The translations under genes were made by a program, and so were the position numbers. From contig CAZEXG010000002.1 of NCBI GenBank assembly GCA_964516665.1, forward strand, positions 1 through 53,639: a stretch of DNA of 53,639 nucleotides, given 5' to 3'. Positions 1 through 9,555 of this stretch are shown piece by piece. The stretch is from an uncultured Gammaproteobacteria bacterium (GTDB lineage: Bacteria > Patescibacteriota > Microgenomatia > UBA12405). Each line of letters opens with the position of its first letter. The stretch's first letter is position 1. The notes beneath the pieces were generated by a model that worked only from the letters and a program-made list of their open reading frames with translations, did no database searches and had not been told where the DNA came from.

Positions 1-173
1 GGGTTTGGTTCCACCACTATTCCCTGCCAACCATTTTTATAAAATCGGTAAGTATTACTTAATCTTTTTGGTTGATAAGCCCCAATCTCTAAATATCTAC
101 CTCTATATTTTTTCCCAAAAATCTTTTCTATTTCTATATCCTCATAGTTTTGAGCATAGGAATTTCTTACCAT
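1..173 (-). CDS. FkbM-type / class I SAM-dependent methyltransferase, N-terminal part only (continues beyond window start)
   Basis: Hand translation of the minus strand from ATG at 173-171 gives MVRNSYAQNYEDIEIEKIFGKKYRGRYLEIGAYQPKRLSNTYRFYKNGWQGIVVEPN. The YLEIGA...GWxGIxxEPN pattern is typical of the FkbM methyltransferase SAM-binding region. It is absent from the ORF track because no stop lies inside the window. The start could also be an upstream TTG (230 or 248). Confidence 0.45.
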   Translation of the reverse strand, partial: MVRNSYAQNYEDIEIEKIFGKKYRGRYLEIGAYQPKRLSNTYRFYKNGWQGIVVEPN

Positions 174-249
174 TTCCCGCCACAGCTTTCGTTCCAATTC
201 TAAAAAAACCGCCTTTGTTAAAGTCCACAAATTATAATTTTTAATCAAT

Positions 250-1326
250 TTATAAAATTTTTTCATATTCTTTTACGGTTATCTTGTAATCAAATTTCTC
301 TAAATTTTTTGCTCTCTTCTGATAAAACTTTTTTCCTTTTTTTAAAACTAGGTTGATTTTTTTTGCCAAATCTTCGGTATTTTTTATTTGGCAAATTTCT
401 CCCATTTTACTCATCCGCACCGGTACTCTTACTCCGGGTAAATTACTGGCCACCACCGGAGTTCCGCATTTCATTGCCTCCGCCTGGACAATGCCAAATG
501 TTTCCAAATTATTAGTACTCGGTAAAACCAAACAATCAATACTCTTATAAAAATTCTCTAAATTTTTATGCTCAATTGCCCCGGTCAATATTATTCTTTC
601 ATTTAAATTTTTCTTTATTACTTCGTAAGTTTTGTCTCCTACCACTTCCTTATATGGCCCGGCCAATATTAGTTTTGCCTCAACATTTTTCATCGCCTCA
701 ACCAAATAATCCAATCCTTTTTCCCAGCCGATCCTACCCACATAAGCCACCACTTTTCCTTTACCCCACCCAAATTTTTTATCACTTCTTTCCATTTTTA
801 TTGGCGGCAAAATATAAATTAATTTTTTCTTAAACATCCTTAAAAACATCGAGTTTTCTGCATAATCCTTAGTATAGGTCACTATTTTATCCGCCCAAAG
901 ATAGGTAAAAAAATGAATCGGGAATGACAATAGGGCAATCATTTGGTTACTTAATTTTCCGTTAAATCCAAACTCGCAATGATGAGTAATAATTATTTTT
1001 TTACCAAATATTTTTCCCCATAATGCTAACCAAAATGATTCAATTGAGGGTAAGTGACAATTAATAAGATCACACTTTTTGACCGCCTTAAAACTATCTA
1101 TTGGGTAATGCCACATCAAAAATCCTTTTCCGATTTGCCACCCCGGAACCCTCTTAATTTTTATTCCTTTATTGTTTTCTTCCACCCTCAATTCATTTTT
1201 AAATTTTGCTGTCAACACCTTTACTTCATATTTTTTTGCTAATTCTTCCGCCAAAATTTGGGCATAAACACTCACCCCGGATATATTTGGCCAATAATAG
1301 GTGATACCTACAAGGATTCTTTTCAT
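250..1326 (-). CDS. Glycosyltransferase, GT4 / group 1 family
   Basis: 358 aa. The C-terminal half has the GT4 signature ...VGRIGWEKGLDYLVEA...LVLPS..ETFGIVQAEAMKCGTPVVAS. Confidence 0.85.
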   Translation of the reverse strand: MKRILVGITYYWPNISGVSVYAQILAEELAKKYEVKVLTAKFKNELRVEENNKGIKIKRVPGWQIGKGFLMWHYPIDSFKAVKKCDLINCHLPSIESFWLALWGKIFGKKIIITHHCEFGFNGKLSNQMIALLSFPIHFFTYLWADKIVTYTKDYAENSMFLRMFKKKLIYILPPIKMERSDKKFGWGKGKVVAYVGRIGWEKGLDYLVEAMKNVEAKLILAGPYKEVVGDKTYEVIKKNLNERIILTGAIEHKNLENFYKSIDCLVLPSTNNLETFGIVQAEAMKCGTPVVASNLPGVRVPVRMSKMGEICQIKNTEDLAKKINLVLKKGKKFYQKRAKNLEKFDYKITVKEYEKIL

Positions 1327-1331
1327 AAAGC

Positions 1332-1340
1332 TGATACAAT
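1332..1340 (+). promoter_or_regulatory. Extended -10 promoter element TGATACAAT, 9 nt upstream of the PAP2 gene ATG
   Basis: TG-n-TACAAT read at 1332-1340 in the 23-nt divergent intergenic region. ATG at 1350. Confidence 0.4.
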
Positions 1341-1349
1341 TATCTCATT

Positions 1350-1925
1350 ATGAAGCCCGAAAATTATTCCTTACTTTTTTGGCAGTCCCGAGTAGATTAT
1401 CTCCGTCTTCTTTCCTCTTTTAAATTTGGCCGTATTCTTCTTGTTTTTCTTAATTATGCTATTTGGCTTTTCTTTTTTTACCTTTCTTATCTTCTGGTCA
1501 AATTCGATGCCAACATTTTTTGGCAACTTCTCTTGGCTACTATTCTTGCCGAACTTATTGAAAAAATATTCAAAAGAAAAAATTTATGGCCTCGGCCAAT
1601 GTTTCTTCGTCACGACCAAACCCCCTTAGGTTTAGTAGATTCCTGGTATCGTTCCGGCTCCTTTCCCTCTGGTCATAGTATTAAAGCTGCTTTTTTCTTT
1701 CTTTTCCTTCTTCAATATCACGTTTTCCCCTTACCTCTCTTTTTCGCCGTAGTTGTTCCCTTGATTCTTTTTCGGGTTCTGGTTTCCTTCCATTATCCTA
1801 TCGATATTCTGGGTGGCATTCTCATTGGCATTCTGATTTGGCTCCCACTCCATTTACTTACTTTTCCTCTTTTTTTACTTAATTTAACTCGTGTTATATT
1901 TAATTTTGTTTTCCATTTAGCTTAA
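1350..1925 (+). CDS. PAP2-superfamily lipid phosphatase (undecaprenyl-diphosphatase-like)
   Basis: 191-aa polytopic membrane protein with three PAP2 motifs: KRKNLWPRP, SFPSGHS, SFHYPIDILGG. Confidence 0.8.
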   Translation: MKPENYSLLFWQSRVDYLRLLSSFKFGRILLVFLNYAIWLFFFYLSYLLVKFDANIFWQLLLATILAELIEKIFKRKNLWPRPMFLRHDQTPLGLVDSWYRSGSFPSGHSIKAAFFFLFLLQYHVFPLPLFFAVVVPLILFRVLVSFHYPIDILGGILIGILIWLPLHLLTFPLFLLNLTRVIFNFVFHLA

Positions 1926-1929
1926 TTTT

Positions 1930-3954
1930 ATGTTCGCCGATCTTAAATTTATTCTCTGGTGGTGGCTTACCATCCTAATCTTATCTTCAGTTTTTTTGCC
2001 CTTAACTTTATTGATTTTTAAAAAATTTTGGGACAAAGGTTATATTTTTGCCAAAACAATTGCCATTTTTACCCTCAGTTATTTTCTTTTAGTTCTTGGC
2101 ATTTTTAAACTTCTTCCTTTCACCTTGGCTTCAATTATTTTTTCTATTTTCCTTTTTGCTGCCTTAAATTTTTATCTCCTCCACCGTTATTCAGCTCATT
2201 TTAAAAATTTATTTTCTACTAAATGGAAAACTTTTCTTGCAGAAGAAATAATTTTCCTTTTAATTTTGACTTTTTGGTCTTATATCCGTGGCTTTGCTCC
2301 AAACATAGAAGGTTTGGAGAAATTTATGGATTGGGGTTTCCTTAATTCTATTCTTCGTTCCCGTTATTTTCCGCCTGCGGATATGTGGTATGCCGGTAGT
2401 CCCATAAATTATTATTACTTCGGCCACCTTGTTTTTGCCTTATTAACCAAAATTTCCGGTATTTCTTCAGCCATCACTTATAACCTTTCCGTCGCCACTC
2501 TTTGTAGTCTTACTTTTGTTTCCGCTTTTTCTCTGGCGTCAAACTTAGTCTTTTTATCACCTCTTAAAAAATCCTTTTTCCCTTGCATTTTAACTGGCTC
2601 TCTAGGCGCCCTACTTTTAACCTTTGGTGGCAATCTACACCCTCTCTATAAAATTACTAAAAACATTATTGTTGAACATCAAACTTTGTCTGAGGCTTCA
2701 AAAGGTTATTGGTATCCTGACGCCACCCGTTTTATTGGTTATGACCCCGATGTTGGCGATAAAACTATCCACGAATTTCCCATTTATAGTTTCGTTGTCG
2801 CTGACCTTCATGGTCACATGAACGATATTCCTTTGGTTATTTTCTTTGTAGCTTTTCTTTTTTCCTTTTTCTTTTCTGCCTCCTCTCCGCTTTCTGCCTC
2901 TTTCATTCTGCCTTCGTCCCTTATCCTTTCCCTGGCTTATATGACCAATGCTTGGGATTTCGCCGTTTATGGTTTACTTTTTGCCATTTCTCTCCTCTTA
3001 ATTACCAAGAATTTTAAAAGCACTCTTATCACCGGTCTACTCACCATATTTTTTTGGTTCCTTTTCACCTTACCCTTTTCTCTCCGTTTCACCCCCATGG
3101 CCGAAGGTCTTCGTCTTTCCGATGTCCATTCTCCTTTTTATCAACTCTTCATCCTCTACGGCGGTTATTGGCTAATTTCCCTGCCCTTACCTCTTCTTTT
3201 TCTTAAGAACTTAATTAAAAAAAATAAGTCAAAACTTTCCAGCGTTGATATCTTTGTTCTTTCATTAATTATTACCGCCACTATTCTGATTATTATTCCG
3301 GAAATTATTTACCTTAAAGATATTTATATTTATGATTACCGTCGGGCCAACACCATGTTCAAACTGGTTTATCAGGCTTTTATCATGTATGCCCTTTGTT
3401 CCGGCTATTTATTTTTTCGTTTCAAAAAATTTTTCTGGTATCGTTTCCTTTTCGCTACCGTTTTTTGTCTTCAGATGATTTATTCCTATTTTGCCATTAA
3501 ATCATATTACTCATTAAAAAATTATCAGGGCCTTTGGGGTTTAAATTTTTTGGAAATTTCCTATCCAGATAACCTGGCTGCTATCAATTGGTTAAATAAA
3601 AATGTCTCTGGCCAGCCAAATATGGTCGAGGCTTCCGGCGACAGTTACACCACTTACAATCAAATCTCTATGGCCACCGGTTTACCCACTATCCAAGGTT
3701 GGCTGGTTCATGAATGGCTTTGGCGTGGTGGTTATGACGCTCCTGCCGCCCGTTTGGCCGACGTCAATCAAATTTACACCTCCCAAAATCCCGACGAAGT
3801 TAAATCTCTCTTAAATAAATATAAAGTGAAATATATTTTTGTTGGGGCCAAAGAATACGAAAAATATCCCGATCTTAACCCGGAAATTTTTTCTACCCTT
3901 GGTGCTCAACCCGTCTTCGAATCCGGTCTAACAAAAATTTATCAACTGCCTTAA
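1930..3954 (+). CDS. DUF2298 / YYY-domain large integral membrane protein (possible GT-C-like glycosyltransferase)
   Basis: 674 aa with many TM segments. It has the SPINYYYFGH motif characteristic of the Chloroflexi/Archaea YYY family and a C-terminal soluble domain. Confidence 0.75.
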   Translation: MFADLKFILWWWLTILILSSVFLPLTLLIFKKFWDKGYIFAKTIAIFTLSYFLLVLGIFKLLPFTLASIIFSIFLFAALNFYLLHRYSAHFKNLFSTKWKTFLAEEIIFLLILTFWSYIRGFAPNIEGLEKFMDWGFLNSILRSRYFPPADMWYAGSPINYYYFGHLVFALLTKISGISSAITYNLSVATLCSLTFVSAFSLASNLVFLSPLKKSFFPCILTGSLGALLLTFGGNLHPLYKITKNIIVEHQTLSEASKGYWYPDATRFIGYDPDVGDKTIHEFPIYSFVVADLHGHMNDIPLVIFFVAFLFSFFFSASSPLSASFILPSSLILSLAYMTNAWDFAVYGLLFAISLLLITKNFKSTLITGLLTIFFWFLFTLPFSLRFTPMAEGLRLSDVHSPFYQLFILYGGYWLISLPLPLLFLKNLIKKNKSKLSSVDIFVLSLIITATILIIIPEIIYLKDIYIYDYRRANTMFKLVYQAFIMYALCSGYLFFRFKKFFWYRFLFATVFCLQMIYSYFAIKSYYSLKNYQGLWGLNFLEISYPDNLAAINWLNKNVSGQPNMVEASGDSYTTYNQISMATGLPTIQGWLVHEWLWRGGYDAPAARLADVNQIYTSQNPDEVKSLLNKYKVKYIFVGAKEYEKYPDLNPEIFSTLGAQPVFESGLTKIYQLP

Positions 3955-4511
3955 TGAAAAACAATTCTGCCCTAAGAACTCTCTTCTTCTACAATTCTAT
4001 TTTTGTTTTCGCTGCCAACATTATCGGACCTTTATTTGCCTTATACGTTCAAAAATTCCAAAGCAACGTTATCACCATTAGTGGAATCTGGGCAATATAT
4101 ACAATCTTCACTACTATTTTTACCTATCTAATCTATAAATTTGGTGATCATATTAAAGAGAAAGAATACTATTTATTAGTGGGCTATCTCATTCGCAGTT
4201 TTTCATGGTTTTTTTATATATTCGCCAAAAACATCAATACGATTCTTTTTATCCAAATACTACTTGCCTTAGGCGAATCTTTTGGTTCTCCTGCTTTTGA
4301 TGCTATTTTTAGCGAACATATAGATTCAAAAAAAAGAATTTCAGAATATTCAGAATGGAAAATAATATCAAATCTAAGTATTGCCTTTGCTGGTCTTTTG
4401 GGCGGTTTTCTTGTTTATAAATTTGGTTTTGAGGTTCTTTTTTTGACAATGTCATTAATTTCTTTGTTTTGCTTTTTTGGTATATTAACTAAGCCTAGAA
4501 AATTACTTTAA
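3954..4511 (+). CDS. Half-size (about 6-TM) MFS-like membrane protein
   Basis: 185 aa. The loop YKFGDHIKEKEY after TM2 resembles the MFS G-x-x-x-D-R/K-x-G-R-R/K motif. The start overlaps the upstream stop (TAATG). No second MFS half follows. Confidence 0.5.
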   Translation: MKNNSALRTLFFYNSIFVFAANIIGPLFALYVQKFQSNVITISGIWAIYTIFTTIFTYLIYKFGDHIKEKEYYLLVGYLIRSFSWFFYIFAKNINTILFIQILLALGESFGSPAFDAIFSEHIDSKKRISEYSEWKIISNLSIAFAGLLGGFLVYKFGFEVLFLTMSLISLFCFFGILTKPRKLL

Positions 4512-4527
4512 GGCATAATCTAAATCA

Positions 4528-6426
4528 ATGTCCGATATTCTTTCCGGTCTCAATGAATTTCAAAAAGAAGCTGTCACCTATCAAGGTTCACCTCTTTTAA
4601 TTTTGGCCGGAGCTGGCTCCGGTAAAACTCGGGTTTTAACCCATCGGGCTGCTTATTTTGTTCAAAATAAATTAGCTACTTCTAGTGAAATTCTCCTGTT
4701 AACCTTTACTAACAAGGCCGCTGGAGAAATGAAAGAACGGATGGCAAAGCTTTTGGGTAAATCTGACTCGGGCGATCTCTTTGCTGGCACTTTTCATTCT
4801 TTTGGTTGTCGTTCCCTTAGAATTTACGGTAAAAATATTGGTATCCTTCCGGATTTTGTCATTTATGACAGTGATGATCAGGAAAACTTAGTTCGCTCCG
4901 TCCTCTCTGAAATGGGGCTCACCACCAAAGAATTTAAGCCCTCTTCAGTTTTGTATTTTATCGAATCAGCCAAAAATTCTTTTCTCACTCCTGATCTGGT
5001 AAAATCCCAAGCTCGCGGTTTTTGGGAGTCAACTGCCGCTAAAATTTATGCCAAATACCAAGCTCGTCTTCTCCAATATCAAGCCCTCGATTTTAATGAT
5101 CTTCTTTTTAAAACTGTTGAACTCTTGCAACAATACCCTGAGGTATTAACAAAATTTTGGGAAAAATATCATTATATTTTAGTTGATGAATATCAGGATA
5201 CCAATCAAATCCAATATTTATTGACCAAACTTCTCGCCGCCAAATATCGTCAAATTACAGCCGTTGGCGACGCCTCCCAATCTATTTACGGCTGGCGCGG
5301 AGCTGACTACAAAAACCTGTCCGCCTTTACTGTTGATTTCTCTGACGCCAAAGTAATCAATTTAGAACAAAATTATCGTTCCACTCAAAACATTTTAGAA
5401 GCTGCTAATTCCGTTATTTCCAAAAACACCAGTCACCCGGTTCTGAAGTTATTCACCACCAAAAATAGTCCTGCCAAAATCAAAGTTTTTGAAGCCGATT
5501 CGGAAATTTCCGAGGCTGATTATCTCTCTCAAAAAATAAAAGAGCTTCACGATACTCTTCATTTTGCCTACAAAGATATTGCCGTTCTTTACCGAATGAA
5601 CGCCCAGTCGCGGGCCATCGAGGAATCTTTTTTAAGAAACGTCATTCCTTATGTTTTAATTGGTGGTTTGCGTTTTTACGATCGGGCCGAAATTAAGGAT
5701 ATTATTGCTATGCTTCGGGTTGCCTCCAATCCGCAGGATGCTCTCTCCGCCGCCAGAGTTGAAAAAGCTCTTGGTAAACGTCGTAAAGCCGTTTTTGATG
5801 AGCATCTAAAAAATATAGACATCAAAAAATTAACTTCAATTCAAATACTGGAGTCTCTGGTGGTAAATTCTGGTTATTTGGCCAAATATAATCCTCAGGA
5901 AGAGGATGATCAGAAAAAAATTGAAAACATTAAAGAATTAAAATCAGTGGCCGCCACTTATCCCAAAATTAATGACTTTTTAGAAAATATCGCTTTAGTT
6001 CAGCAAGAATATTCGCTTCAGGAAAAAAATAAGAAAAAAGAAAACCGCGATGGGGTCCGACTCATGACCTTGCATAGTTCCAAGGGTTTAGAGTTTGAAG
6101 CTGTTTTTCTTGTTGGTTTTGAAGAGGGAATATTACCCCATTCTCGTTCGATGATCGAGGATGCTGACATTGAGGAAGAACGTCGTCTTTGTTATGTCGG
6201 CATCACTCGGGCCAAAGAACTACTCTATATTACTTATGCTTCCCATCGTCTCTTTTTTGGTAAATCTTCCCTCAACGAAGCTTCTCGTTTTCTTTTTGAT
6301 ATCCCCAAAGATCTAATCGAATACGATTCTTCCATAGAAATTACCCGCGATCTTCGTTCTTCTTCTCACCGTTTTACTAAACAAGATTCCTCTTCCGATC
6401 TCATCTACGATCCGGATATATACTAG
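4528..6426 (+). CDS. uvrD: UvrD/PcrA-family ATP-dependent DNA helicase
   Basis: 632 aa. Walker A AGAGSGKTRVLT, DEYQDTN (motif II), VGDASQSIYGWRGA, NYRST, TLHSSKGLEFEAVF, YVGITRAK. Confidence 0.9.
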   Translation: MSDILSGLNEFQKEAVTYQGSPLLILAGAGSGKTRVLTHRAAYFVQNKLATSSEILLLTFTNKAAGEMKERMAKLLGKSDSGDLFAGTFHSFGCRSLRIYGKNIGILPDFVIYDSDDQENLVRSVLSEMGLTTKEFKPSSVLYFIESAKNSFLTPDLVKSQARGFWESTAAKIYAKYQARLLQYQALDFNDLLFKTVELLQQYPEVLTKFWEKYHYILVDEYQDTNQIQYLLTKLLAAKYRQITAVGDASQSIYGWRGADYKNLSAFTVDFSDAKVINLEQNYRSTQNILEAANSVISKNTSHPVLKLFTTKNSPAKIKVFEADSEISEADYLSQKIKELHDTLHFAYKDIAVLYRMNAQSRAIEESFLRNVIPYVLIGGLRFYDRAEIKDIIAMLRVASNPQDALSAARVEKALGKRRKAVFDEHLKNIDIKKLTSIQILESLVVNSGYLAKYNPQEEDDQKKIENIKELKSVAATYPKINDFLENIALVQQEYSLQEKNKKKENRDGVRLMTLHSSKGLEFEAVFLVGFEEGILPHSRSMIEDADIEEERRLCYVGITRAKELLYITYASHRLFFGKSSLNEASRFLFDIPKDLIEYDSSIEITRDLRSSSHRFTKQDSSSDLIYDPDIY

Positions 6427-6439
6427 TATATAAATAATT

Positions 6440-7492
6440 ATGATCACTCGAATTTTATACAACGAAGAGAAAAAAGCCTATTCTAAGGTAGTTACTCATC
6501 CTGTTCAAACTTGGGAATGGGGTGATTTTCAGGCATCCCAAGGTCATAAAGTTTATCGTCTCGGTGTTTTTGACCAACAAAAATTAATTTCTGTCTATTC
6601 TGTTTCTTTCCATAAAATCCCTCACACTAATTTTTCTATCGGCACTCTTCTTCGCGGTCCGGCCATTGACCGGGACATGATCAAAAATGTCCAAAAAATT
6701 GCCCAAAATGAAAACGCAATTTTTGTTAAATTTGAACCGGATATTGTTGAAAAAGTTTATGACAATAAAAATCAACTCATCAAAAATCATCCCTCTCTTC
6801 TTAATTTCCCCAATTTAGTCTCTTCACCCAAAGTTGCTTTTTATCCTCATTCATATGTTATCGATCTGAACAAAAGTGAAGACGAACTCTTGGCAGAAAT
6901 GTCGTCCAAAACCCGTTACAACATCAGATTAGCCAATCGTCATGGGGTAGTTGTCTCCAAAGAAACTCATGATAAGGGTTTTGAAATTTATCTTAAACTT
7001 CTTTTCGATACCACCAAACGACAAGGTTTCTATTTACACTCCGAAAATTACCATCGTCGTCTTTGGTCAGAGTTAAAAAATACTGGCATGGTCGACATTT
7101 TTCTGGCTTCTTACAATGGCGAAGTTTTAGCTGCCTATATGTTATTTAAACTTAAAGATCGTCTTTTTTATCCCTATGGTGCCTCTCTGGACCTTCGTCG
7201 TGAAGTAATGGCCCCCAATCTTCTGATGTGGGAGGTCATTAAATATGGCCAATCATTAGGCTTAAAATCTTTTGATACTTGGGGTTGTCTTGGTCCCGAT
7301 GCTCATGAAGGTGAAAATGGTTACGGCTTTCATCGCTTTAAACAAGGTTATGGTGGTAATTTGGTCCAATTCGTTGGCACTTACGATCTGGTTATTAATC
7401 CTCAACTCTATCAACTCTACAATCTAGTCGATAAAATCCGCTGGAAATTCCTTCGCCTCAAAGCCTCTCTTTTCCGTTCTTCCAAATCCTAA
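6440..7492 (+). CDS. FemAB-family peptidoglycan interpeptide-bridge aminoacyltransferase
   Basis: 350 aa. N-terminal QTWEWGDFQ and C-terminal ...YPYGAS....APNLLMWEVIKY....FDTWG.....GYGFHRFKQGYGG match the FemX/FemAB pattern. Confidence 0.72.
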   Translation: MITRILYNEEKKAYSKVVTHPVQTWEWGDFQASQGHKVYRLGVFDQQKLISVYSVSFHKIPHTNFSIGTLLRGPAIDRDMIKNVQKIAQNENAIFVKFEPDIVEKVYDNKNQLIKNHPSLLNFPNLVSSPKVAFYPHSYVIDLNKSEDELLAEMSSKTRYNIRLANRHGVVVSKETHDKGFEIYLKLLFDTTKRQGFYLHSENYHRRLWSELKNTGMVDIFLASYNGEVLAAYMLFKLKDRLFYPYGASLDLRREVMAPNLLMWEVIKYGQSLGLKSFDTWGCLGPDAHEGENGYGFHRFKQGYGGNLVQFVGTYDLVINPQLYQLYNLVDKIRWKFLRLKASLFRSSKS

Positions 7493-7493
7493 A

Positions 7494-7522
7494 TTGACAT
7501 TTTAGGTTAATAAATTTACTAT
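7494..7522 (+). promoter_or_regulatory. Sigma70-like promoter TTGACA-N17-TACTAT, 7 nt upstream of ATG 7530
   Basis: TTGACA at 7494-7499, a 17-nt spacer, TACTAT at 7517-7522. No SD between the -10 and the ATG. Confidence 0.5.
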
Positions 7523-7529
7523 AAGATCA

Positions 7530-9230
7530 ATGACTATCGATAACCAATCCGAAGCTCTTTCTCCTCCAATATCTGATACTGAAATTTTCAAACAAAAACC
7601 CAGTGAACGCCGTCCCCGCATTATTGAAATGGCTGCCGCTGATGCTGAATCTATTCAGGCCGGTGCTCAGCTTTATCGCGGTCAAAAAGAAGCCTTTCAA
7701 AATCTTAGTCCCTTTTTTGAAGGCTTATCTTATATCTCACTTCAATCTGCCCCTACCGAAATTGCCTCTTCCCTTGATCGAAACCCCAATCTTAATTCCA
7801 AAGGTAAAAAAACCGAATTGGATAAGGGTAAAAAAGATATCCAAACAATTCAAGAATTTAATTTTTTCATAAGTCATTCATCAAGCGCTGACAACATTAG
7901 GCCAGCCACCCCTGACCAAATTTCCTCCACCCCCGCCGAAACACTTATTCAAAACTATCAATCCCATGAGAAAAATGTTGCCCAAAATATTTCTCGGGCA
8001 ATAGGTATTGCTCAAGCTTCTATTGAAGCTGGCGATACTAGGGTGTTAGTTGAAACAATTTCCAGTTTCCCTGATATCGCTTACCATCCTGATCTTAGGC
8101 AAAAAATTAATGATCACCTAACTGCTGCAGCCACTAATCCTGATCAATTAAATTCTATCCAAACACAGGCAAAAAATGAATTACTAATTCCTTTTTCTTC
8201 TTCTCGACTCCCGGAAAATACATCTACAAGTGAAGGAATTAATGATCCTCAGGTGTTAGAGACCATTCAAAATTTATCTGATCTGGTTTATGTTTCGCTT
8301 GGACATCAAACAGAAAAATCCATTGTCGATGCAGTTAATTCTGGAAAAACCGGCGGTTTTGTTTCAGTTAATCAGGAAGGCTTTAGAAGTTTTATAAACC
8401 TTCTTAGCAAAGAGACAGGAGACACAAACACTCAGGAGGCTCTCCGACTTATTTCTATCCCAGATGAAAAATCAGTTAATCCCATTACTGTCCCTGCAAC
8501 TTTAGCCGAATTTGCCGCTTCTTCTGATTTTCAAAAAGTAGATTTAAAAACTCAACGCAAGATTTTTTCTTTTTTAGCCGGCTCCCTTCACACTCTCCCC
8601 ACTTCTGATCAAGGGAAAATTGCTGAAATAATATCGGTTGTTGAGTCAGGCAACTCTCCCCTCGCTGCAGAATTAAGTAAAAATCTTTTACAAAAATTTA
8701 GTCAAAAACCCGAGACCGCTAATATCTCTTCACTTGTCGAATCTCAGAAAGCCTCTAAGCCCAAAATACCTGAAGCCCAACCAGAAACCATATCTCCTCC
8801 TCAAGCCGAAATTCCTCAACCTGAACCAATTATCGAAGCACCTAAATCTGAAACCCCGCAAGTCAGCCGTGAACAGGCTTTGGCTACCGTCAACAGTAAC
8901 GAATATCTTGCTCAAATTAATTCTGGCAACCAGGAATTAACTTCTACCGGCAACCCCGAGGTTGATGACATGGTTAAAGCCGCTGTAACCATGGCTGAAA
9001 CTTTACTTAAAAATTCCCCTCCGGAAAAAAATAATTCTGGATTTTTTGGTTTTGGGAAAAAAGCCAATACTTTTTCCAGTGAACAATTTGCTCAAATTTC
9101 AAAACAAATCAATTCACTTAGCACTCCTTTTTCAGATCCAGAAGCAGAATCGGGTCGCCAGATACAATCACTTTCTTTCAAAATCCTTCAAGCTAAAATG
9201 ATCACTCATAACCAGACCACAAATAAATAA
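7530..9230 (+). CDS. Hypothetical protein, 566 aa, no TM or signal peptide, Ser/Pro/Glu/Gln-rich
   Basis: Long uninterrupted ORF with its own promoter-like sequence. No motif I recognise. Contains a Pro/Glu-rich stretch KPKIPEAQPETISPPQAEIPQPEPIIEAPKSETPQ. Confidence 0.6.
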   Translation: MTIDNQSEALSPPISDTEIFKQKPSERRPRIIEMAAADAESIQAGAQLYRGQKEAFQNLSPFFEGLSYISLQSAPTEIASSLDRNPNLNSKGKKTELDKGKKDIQTIQEFNFFISHSSSADNIRPATPDQISSTPAETLIQNYQSHEKNVAQNISRAIGIAQASIEAGDTRVLVETISSFPDIAYHPDLRQKINDHLTAAATNPDQLNSIQTQAKNELLIPFSSSRLPENTSTSEGINDPQVLETIQNLSDLVYVSLGHQTEKSIVDAVNSGKTGGFVSVNQEGFRSFINLLSKETGDTNTQEALRLISIPDEKSVNPITVPATLAEFAASSDFQKVDLKTQRKIFSFLAGSLHTLPTSDQGKIAEIISVVESGNSPLAAELSKNLLQKFSQKPETANISSLVESQKASKPKIPEAQPETISPPQAEIPQPEPIIEAPKSETPQVSREQALATVNSNEYLAQINSGNQELTSTGNPEVDDMVKAAVTMAETLLKNSPPEKNNSGFFGFGKKANTFSSEQFAQISKQINSLSTPFSDPEAESGRQIQSLSFKILQAKMITHNQTTNK

Positions 9231-9251
9231 TTTTTTGTCGTAAAATACACT

Positions 9252-9554
9252 ATGTCTGATTCTGTGATTACTGATGCTGTTTTTCAACATACCGCCAAAC
9301 TTTCTCGTCTCGAAATCAAACCCGAAGAAAGCTATATCAAAGACCAGCTTTCCCAGGCGGCTGAATATGTCGAAGTGTTAAAGGAATTAAATACGGATAA
9401 TGTTTTACCTACTTATCAGGTAAATCACAAAAAAAATGTTCTTCGCTCTGACGAAGTTCAGGCTTCCTTACCTCAAGATTTAGCCTTATCTCAGGCAGAA
9501 AAAACCAGTAATGGCTATTTTCAAACTGCCGCCACTATCGACAAAAATAAATAA
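9252..9554 (+). CDS. gatC: Asp/Glu-tRNA amidotransferase subunit C
   Basis: 100 aa, directly upstream of gatA with a 1-nt gap. Typical GatC start ....HTAKLSRLEI..EE. Confidence 0.85.
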   Translation: MSDSVITDAVFQHTAKLSRLEIKPEESYIKDQLSQAAEYVEVLKELNTDNVLPTYQVNHKKNVLRSDEVQASLPQDLALSQAEKTSNGYFQTAATIDKNK

Positions 9555-9555
9555 T

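Noticed and set aside
5-244. 79-aa plus-strand ORF at the window start
   Set aside because: Low-complexity, Phe/Leu/Tyr-rich translation. The opposite strand in the same span encodes a convincing FkbM-like methyltransferase N-terminus, so this is an antisense shadow ORF.
9511-9555. Long N-terminal extensions in the ORF track (gatA 9511, hydrolase 13357, dnaJ 24006, nusA 25440, RNase J 38028, P-loop 41570, sortase 49453, alaS 45640)
   Set aside because: The extensions overlap the preceding gene or run through a leader hairpin, and several begin at TTG or GTG. An ATG that begins the conserved N-terminus lies just after the upstream stop in each case.
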